32,000 nucleotides of DNA from Allobaculum fili (lineage in GTDB: Bacteria > Bacillota_I > Bacilli_A > Erysipelotrichales > Erysipelotrichaceae), in the NCBI RefSeq assembly GCF_020969955.1, contig NZ_JAHDSX010000015.1, forward strand, positions 17,758 through 49,757, given 5' to 3'. Below, one piece after another: positions 26,615-32,000 of the stretch. The translations under genes and the position numbers were made by a program. The notes beneath the pieces are model-generated. The model was not told where the DNA came from. It saw only the letters and a list, made by a program, of their open reading frames with translations, and searched no databases. The number at the start of each line of letters is the position of its first letter. Position 1 is the first letter of the stretch.

Positions 26615-27559
26615 TTAGAAGAGCATTCCAGTTGCTGCTGGGTCGATGCCTGCTGCAAGCAGAGCTGCATCTTTCGATGTGTACCAAGGTACTGGGATCA
26701 GTGGATCATATCCGGATCCGAGGATACCGAACATACCAGCTACGATACCGATAACGAGGAGCAGAAGGATACATTTGATTGGTGTCCATCCTTTTTTGAG
26801 GAGGAAGTACATCAGCAGAGTCAGAAGCAGAGGAATAAGGCAAGGCAGGATCTGGTTCAGGTAATCCTGAAGAACGACTGGGCTTTCGCCGTTAGCGAAT
26901 ACGATACCAGTTGTGGTTCCGCCGCCGTAGTTAGCTGTAAGAGCACCTACAACGAATACACCAAGGATAGAAGCAGCGCGTGTGAATTCTTTAGCGTTAG
27001 CTGTCATCATCTTAACTGCATCCAGACCGAGGTTGTAAGACCAGTACATCAGGACGTAACGAAGAATCATTTCAATGCCGAAGGCAACAACGAAGTACAG
27101 GATTGGACCCATCATCGATCCGTTGATAGCCATACCGCAAGTCATACCAGCGATAATTGGGATAAGTGTGAACCAGAAGAGAGCGTCACCAATACCGCCC
27201 AGAGGAGCAGCAGTGGAGATACGTACAGCACGGATTGTCTGGATATCCATTTTGTTCTGTTCCATGGAGAGAACGAGACCCATAACGAATGTTACCAGGA
27301 AGGGGTGCGTGTTCAGGAAGTCCAGGTTCTGACACATGGACATCGAGAGGTCAGTTTTGTTTGTGTGAATCTTTTTCAGACCAGGGAGCATGGACCAGAG
27401 CCAGCCGATAGCCTGCATACGTTCGTAGTTGAAGCAGATCTGAAGGTTGCAGGAACGCCAGATCATTTTCGTCAGGGTTCCTTTATCCAGTTTTGGTGCT
27501 GGAGTCAGATCTGTGTAATACTGCATATCCTGCAGATTGAGATCTGTATTAGATGCCAT
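26615..27559 (-). CDS. PTS mannose/fructose/sorbose-family IID component
   Basis: 314 aa. LTKMIWRSCNLQICFNYERMQAIGWLWSMLPGLKKI is typical of the IID N-terminal region, and membrane helices follow. It overlaps the IIC stop by 11 nt. Confidence 0.9.
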   Translation of the reverse strand: MASNTDLNLQDMQYYTDLTPAPKLDKGTLTKMIWRSCNLQICFNYERMQAIGWLWSMLPGLKKIHTNKTDLSMSMCQNLDFLNTHPFLVTFVMGLVLSMEQNKMDIQTIRAVRISTAAPLGGIGDALFWFTLIPIIAGMTCGMAINGSMMGPILYFVVAFGIEMILRYVLMYWSYNLGLDAVKMMTANAKEFTRAASILGVFVVGALTANYGGGTTTGIVFANGESPVVLQDYLNQILPCLIPLLLTLLMYFLLKKGWTPIKCILLLLVIGIVAGMFGILGSGYDPLIPVPWYTSKDAALLAAGIDPAATGMLF

Positions 27560-28346
27560 CAGAGAATCCTCCTAAACCTGCGTTAGATGCAGCTTCTTTA
27601 ATGTTGATCGAAGTGAAGTAGTTGCTGCATGCGATACCGATACCGATGAAGGCAATCAGTACGAGAGTAGCGGAAGCCACTGCTGGGATGTTACCAATAA
27701 CCAGAGCCATTGCAAATCCAGAAAGGAAGTAGCCCCACATATCGTTGGAAAGCATGATTTTCAGCAGAACGCCGAATCCGACGAAACGCATCATGCCGCC
27801 GGCAACAGCGAGACCGCCGTTCATCAGCCAGGAAGCGTTAGTGGAAAGGGATTCCATTGCAGGCTGAATAGCAGCGCCGCCTACGTAAGCCAGGATAGCG
27901 ATAACTGCGAACAGACCGCCAAGAAGAGCTACGTCAGCGAGGACAGCATTCGTTACACCTTTTGTTTCACCCTTGGAGCAGGTGTCATCGCACCATGCGT
28001 TGAAGGAAGAAGCGATTGTGAACACGATGGTTACTACATAAGTACCAAATACAGAGAAGATTACAGCAGAACCGAGAGCAGCGTCTACGGACATCTCTGT
28101 CTGGCAGGCGAAGATCATAGCAACAACTTCACCGATAACTACGTTTGCGGGCTGTGCGCCGCCGACAGGCATAGAACCAATCATCATCAGTTCGTATGTT
28201 CCGCCAAGTACCAGACCGGTATTTACATCGCCCAGGATTGCACCGATGATCGGGCAAGCGCAGATTGGACGGTAAATAATCTCAGTCAGGGAAAACTGGT
28301 CAATCGCGAACAGGAATGTAACGATTGCCAACAAAACGACTTGCAT
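27549..28346 (-). CDS. PTS mannose/fructose/sorbose-family IIC component
   Basis: 265-aa polytopic membrane protein. MQVVLLAIVTFLFAIDQFSLTEIIYRPICACPIIGAILGD is characteristic of IIC(Man). It lies between the IIB and IID genes. Confidence 0.9.
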   Translation of the reverse strand: MQVVLLAIVTFLFAIDQFSLTEIIYRPICACPIIGAILGDVNTGLVLGGTYELMMIGSMPVGGAQPANVVIGEVVAMIFACQTEMSVDAALGSAVIFSVFGTYVVTIVFTIASSFNAWCDDTCSKGETKGVTNAVLADVALLGGLFAVIAILAYVGGAAIQPAMESLSTNASWLMNGGLAVAGGMMRFVGFGVLLKIMLSNDMWGYFLSGFAMALVIGNIPAVASATLVLIAFIGIGIACSNYFTSINIKEAASNAGLGGFSDGI

Positions 28347-28376
28347 AATTTTTCTCCTTTGTTTTGTTAGTGCAAT

Positions 28377-28853
28377 TTAGCTAAAGAGTTTGGAAACGTC
28401 TTCTTTAGCTGTGTTAGGTGTGCGCTGGATTTCGAGTTTAACACCGAGATCCTGCAGCTTCTTGAATGTGGCGACGTCGTCATCGTCTACCGCAACACTC
28501 GTAGCTACCTGGCGTTTTCCTTCATGCATGTGCATGTTTCCAATGTTCAGAACATCGATTGGCACGCCGCCCTCGACGAGCCGTAACGCGTCCTGAGGAG
28601 TTTCCAGGATCAGGAAGATTTTCTGAGCAGGACTTGCTTTGCTGATGACAGCGATCGTTTTATCAATGCTGAAGTAACGAGTCTGTGCATAAGCTGGAGC
28701 AGCCATGTTCATCAGGCCCTGACGGAACTGGTCTTTCGCAACTGCGTCGTTTGCAACGAGAAGCAGGTTTGCTCCAACCACCCCGGCCCACTGTGTTGCA
28801 ACCTGTCCGTGAATCAGACGGTTGTCAATTCGAGTCGCAACAATGTTTGGCAT
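28377..28853 (-). CDS. PTS mannose/fructose/sorbose-family IIB component
   Basis: 158 aa. MPNIVATRIDNRLIHGQVATQW contains the phospho-His of IIB(Man). RBS is AAAGGAGAG. Confidence 0.9.
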   Translation of the reverse strand: MPNIVATRIDNRLIHGQVATQWAGVVGANLLLVANDAVAKDQFRQGLMNMAAPAYAQTRYFSIDKTIAVISKASPAQKIFLILETPQDALRLVEGGVPIDVLNIGNMHMHEGKRQVATSVAVDDDDVATFKKLQDLGVKLEIQRTPNTAKEDVSKLFS

Positions 28854-29730
28854 TTATATCTCTCCTTTCTGTCAAGCTATGCTGTGAAAGCACTCTCTTA
28901 TCTACGATTATAAACAATGCATTCCCATATCATTTGCACAAATTGGATCAAGATTTAGATTTTTCGTTCAAATAAACCAAATTTGACGGAAAATTTGCGA
29001 AATAATGCCGAAGAATTAACGCAAAGCTCAGGGCTCGCAGACAGGGATTGGCATAGCTTTTCATGAAAAGAAAAGAGTATGCCAGTCAGCCCATTTCCAC
29101 CCGATTAAAAATCATTTCTTTTAGACAGCAATCTTATACAAATCGTCTTATCCTGTATCAACAATTCATATTGGAAGGTTTCAATCTGGGATGGAATGAT
29201 GACACAAGGATTATCTAACAAACAGCCGCAATTTCCAAACATTTTGTGATAATTTGGGATAATATTTTCAAATTGATTTATTTAAATATCAGTAGAATCT
29301 TTTGCGTCCGTTCAGGCAAACGCTTTCCCAGGTACATCCGAAGAAATGTAAACGTTATCGGAATCGGGGAATGTTGAATTTTTCTACAATTTGGTATTTC
29401 TGCAGTATTCTTAAATGCCTGCATCTTAGATTCTGGAAGCAACAGTGCAGTTCTATACTGCAGCCTGCCTTCTGGATCCGAGTGCCGGCTCAATCGTTTT
29501 CTGCAAACGGTATATCCGCTTCTGCATGGAATCGGTCGATATTGAAACACAGATCAAAACCAATACTGAAAAGAGCACCCGGCTTTCGCGTTCCTGGATC
29601 AGACAGAACCGGGCGCGCAGCGCTTTCTGTCCATTCAGACCGGATATGGAATACAGACTTCGAAATGCATGCAGATTCGGAATGCAGCGAATCTCTGCGA
29701 ATGAACTCGAACAGTATTGAACCTCAGCCA

Positions 29731-29778
29731 TATAGACAGAAAGAGTACAGATCGTATAGACAGAAAGAGTACAGATCG
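29731..29778. repeat. perfect 24-bp tandem duplication (tatagacagaaagagtacagatcg x2)
   Basis: Bases 29731-29754 are identical to 29755-29778. The repeat lies in the coding-like core of the PTS/AraC intergenic region. Confidence 0.95.
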
Positions 29779-30535
29779 TTTTACTGCCTGATCCGATCTG
29801 GAAACGCGCTCAATGAATTCCTGGATCAGGCCCTTGCAGATTCTTCTTTCTCTGCTTCTCTGCAGGTCCCTGCCCAAGTCCGACTCGAGACCTTTATCTT
29901 ATCCTTAGCTTCTTTGAAAATAAGGAAAGCCCTGATCGTTACGCGTTCAGCAAAGTACAGAATCTCGGATTTTCGGAGCCATAGCCAGGAAAAGTCCATA
30001 CAAAACCAGGTCTGATGAAGAAGGGACAGCCAGATCGTCCCCTCCCTTTAACAGACTGAACATCTGCTCTTACAACCGTTAACCCCTGTTTACTGCCACC
30101 CATCACATAAAGATTCCATAAATATTTACTGTTTTAAACTAAGGTTTTTAGCAATTGCAACGACCGTATTTTTATAAGCTCTGCTCTCTTTATAACGCAA
30201 GTTCTGGCCCAGAATTGTCCATACAAATAAGAAAAACATCCGTTTTTGAAATTTGCTTTGCATTGATCGAAAATATCCACCTCGCCTTCGAACTAATTTA
30301 TTCAATCTTAATGTACGGAAATATCGATTTACTCCACAGATTTGAACTTTTTTAGTGAAATATCGACCGAAATTTACAAAATTTGCCCTTTTTAATTTCC
30401 GGCTCATTTACACCCCATCAAACGCTGGATATACTTTTTTGTATTAGAAAGCGTTAACAAGACAAAATAGTCTCTTTGTTGCTCTAAACAGTATTTGAAG
30501 ACTTTTGCCTTGAAAATTTGGAATAGTGGTGAAAT

Positions 30536-31699
30536 ATGCTCAAAAGAACAACGCATTATCAGTTTCAGCCGTATGGCTCGATCCTCTACGATCTGTCCGA
30601 AGTGGCTGAACAGCATGCCGACTACCAGCAGAACGCTCTTAAACTGACGGCTAAGAGCTTCTCGCATGTGTACTCTTCGAACGAACCCTGCTACATCCAG
30701 TGCAAATCGGGCATTGTGCTGATGGCTGTTTCAAAAGACGGGGATACTTTTGAAAACTTTGTCATCCATCGGATTGTCAAAACGAATCCCGAAACCTTCT
30801 TTAACTTCATTTCGATCTCAGATGATGCCGAGATTGATATCTGCTACCGTAAATCAAATCTGGAAATTCATCCGGCTGCGCACGAAGTTACGTTCAGCCC
30901 GATGGTGACCAATCTTCATATTCATGAAATCCTGACCACCTTTTATCAGGTTCGAAAAGAAGACTACGTTTTCCCGGGTGAAGCGCACTCGTACTATGAA
31001 CTTGTTTATATTGACCACGGATCCATGGAAATGGACGTGGATGGCAAAGCCTACTCCCTGAGCATGTACGATCTGATGCTCTACTACCCAGGACAGTTCC
31101 ACTCGCACTACACAAAACATGATCAGACGTGTTCGTATCTGACCGTTATCTTTAAGATGGATGACACGCTGGCGGATTCGCTGTGCAATCGTGTCTTCCA
31201 TACACGCAAAGATATTTATCAGGTCCTCTGCTCCTTCATGAAGGCAGTACAAACGGAAGACTATCTGAACCAGGAACTTGCGATCCTCTATCTGAAGGAA
31301 GTCATCATTCTGCTGCACCAGTTCGACCATAAAGAAGAAGTCGATGCAGGCATCAACCCGATGCAGCAGCATTATGAACACACTCTGCTCAACGAAATTC
31401 TGGTCTACATCAACAACAACATCTGTTCGGCATTTACGGTCGAGGATCTGTGCATTAAGTTCTCGGTTTCGCGCTCTTCCCTGCAAAACCTCTTCCGGAC
31501 CAACCTGCACATCAGTCCGAAACAGTACATCTCCAACCTCAAGCTGAATCACGCAAAGCTTCTGATTCAGGAACACAACCGTACGATCTCCGAGATCAGC
31601 GACATGCTTGGCTTCACCAGCATTCACTACTTCTCGAGAAAGTTCAAAAAGCAGTACGGTCTTTCCCCGACGGATTACTCCAAGTCGATCCATCCTTGA
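30536..31699 (+). CDS. AraC-family transcriptional regulator (N-terminal extension, cupin-like sensor, C-terminal dual HTH)
   Basis: The C-terminal ~100 aa (FTVEDLCIKFSVSRSSLQNLFRTNLHISPKQYISNLKLNHAKLLIQEHNRTISEISDMLGFTSIHYFSRKFKKQYGLSPTDY) are a canonical AraC HTH pair. The central cupin-like segment is FPGEAHSYYELVYIDHGSMEM..YYPGQFHSH. The start codon is not certain. Confidence 0.85.
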   Translation: MLKRTTHYQFQPYGSILYDLSEVAEQHADYQQNALKLTAKSFSHVYSSNEPCYIQCKSGIVLMAVSKDGDTFENFVIHRIVKTNPETFFNFISISDDAEIDICYRKSNLEIHPAAHEVTFSPMVTNLHIHEILTTFYQVRKEDYVFPGEAHSYYELVYIDHGSMEMDVDGKAYSLSMYDLMLYYPGQFHSHYTKHDQTCSYLTVIFKMDDTLADSLCNRVFHTRKDIYQVLCSFMKAVQTEDYLNQELAILYLKEVIILLHQFDHKEEVDAGINPMQQHYEHTLLNEILVYINNNICSAFTVEDLCIKFSVSRSSLQNLFRTNLHISPKQYISNLKLNHAKLLIQEHNRTISEISDMLGFTSIHYFSRKFKKQYGLSPTDYSKSIHP

Positions 31700-31845
31700 T
31701 CGCCGGATCGAGCAGGTACTGGATGTATTTCCAGGCTATGAGAAATCAGGCATAACAATAGATGTTTTTTTACGGAGTTTGTATTTTATAAGCGAGCTAA
31801 GAAGGCTCGCTTCATAATCAAATTCCCTTTCTTAAACTTTCTTGG

Positions 31846-31872
31846 AAAAAGGGCTGTCCCGGCCCTTTTTTC
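31846..31872 (+). terminator. possible terminator after the AraC gene
   Basis: aaaaagggc (31846-31854) / gcccttttt (31862-31870). The G/C core is short, so the call is weak. A T-less 8-bp hairpin also lies upstream at 31790-31812. Confidence 0.4.
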
Positions 31873-31909
31873 GGTAAGCGTCAAATAAAAGACGGGTATT
31901 TTCTCGACC

Positions 31910-31948
31910 GCCTCCTTGGGATAATTCCTTTATTCAAGGAGGCTTTTT
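31910..31948 (+). promoter_or_regulatory. hairpin whose 3' arm contains the Shine-Dalgarno of the next ORF
   Basis: Perfect 9-bp stem gcctccttg (31910-31918) / caaggaggc (31935-31943), then TTTTT, then ATG at 31950. Confidence 0.5.
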
Positions 31949-31949
31949 C

Positions 31950-32000
31950 ATGGAATCAATCATCCCTGCAATCGATCTCGGTATCGATTTCTCCAAAGTT
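31950..32000 (+). CDS. 5' end of an ORF running off the window (MESIIPAIDLGIDFSKV...)
   Basis: The ATG lies 7 nt after AAGGAGG. AIDLG resembles the phosphate-1 motif of actin-fold sugar kinases, but 17 residues are too few to call. Confidence 0.35.
   Translation, partial: MESIIPAIDLGIDFSKV

Noticed and set aside
28885-28898. cre-like CcpA site (TGAAAGCACTCTCT) between a TATAAT box (complement at 28907-28912) and the PTS IIB RBS
   Set aside because: It mismatches the consensus TGWAANCGNTNWCA at the central CG and at the last base. The nearby TATAAT has no acceptable -35 at 16-18 nt, so I do not call a promoter or operator.
29049-29063. Sigma-54-like -24/-12 element (TGGCATagctTTTCA)
   Set aside because: The -12 element reads TTCA instead of TTGC. 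The site faces the plus direction, about 1.5 kb from the only downstream gene, and no enhancer-binding-protein gene is visible.
29057-29070. Perfect 14-bp palindrome CTTTTCATGAAAAG
   Set aside because: It is an isolated, AT-rich palindrome not adjacent to any promoter or gene start that I can define. Taken alone it cannot be told apart from chance.
29987-29997. aggaaaagtcc, resembling the RNase P RNA GAGGAAAGUCC box
   Set aside because: It has an extra A, and none of the other conserved RNase P blocks are nearby.
29302-30015. 237-aa plus-strand ORF in the PTS/AraC intergenic region as a real gene
   Set aside because: It has no RBS, and its basic Cys/Ser/Arg-rich composition is unlike a folded protein. 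It contains the 24-bp duplication and behaves like the antisense shadows seen over real minus-strand genes. I treat it as evidence for a decayed minus-strand gene instead.
1-32000. CRISPR arrays, tRNA/rRNA genes, intact IS elements or integrases
   Set aside because: Reading both strands, I saw no spaced direct-repeat array, no cloverleaf-like or rRNA-like segment in the intergenic regions, and no transposase or recombinase-like ORF.

Overview
This is a chromosomal segment with roughly 50% GC by eye. Its gene content (spx, yloU/yloV, class B sortase, divIB-murB-murG) points to Bacillota (Firmicutes). All calls come from reading the sequence and the ORF translations, with no database search.

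Most genes lie on the minus strand and many are followed by clear hairpin plus T-run terminators.

Housekeeping content:
- ~400-aa NADP isocitrate dehydrogenase
- HtrA-type protease
- L-lactate dehydrogenase
- ROK sugar kinase
- Spx
- Asp23-family protein with a DAK2-domain protein (yloU/yloV)
- an isolated divIB-murB-murG piece of the dcw cluster
- NagB
- a GNAT acetyltransferase
- a mannose-family PTS IIB/IIC/IID operon
- a divergent AraC-family regulator

Features worth a second look:
1. Two diverged ~1.7-kb duplication units (16794-18477, 18737-20407) sit between srtB and murG. Each encodes a double-zinc-ribbon / single-TM / C39-like-fold membrane protein whose expected catalytic Cys is Thr in one copy and Ser in the other.
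2. A ~1000-codon secreted papain-family (C1) multidomain protease gene is inactivated by exactly three visible lesions: two in-frame stops and a perfect 16-bp tandem duplication.
3. A 1.7-kb stretch between the PTS operon and the AraC gene has no credible gene. It has a coding-like core that looks like a decayed minus-strand gene and carries a perfect 24-bp tandem duplication.
4. A Gp49/HigB-like toxin gene is coupled by an ATGA overlap to an unrecognisable 87-aa partner, next to a metallophosphoesterase.
5. A 668-aa Ala/Lys-rich protein contains internal repeat modules.

I saw no rRNA, tRNA, CRISPR array or intact mobile element.
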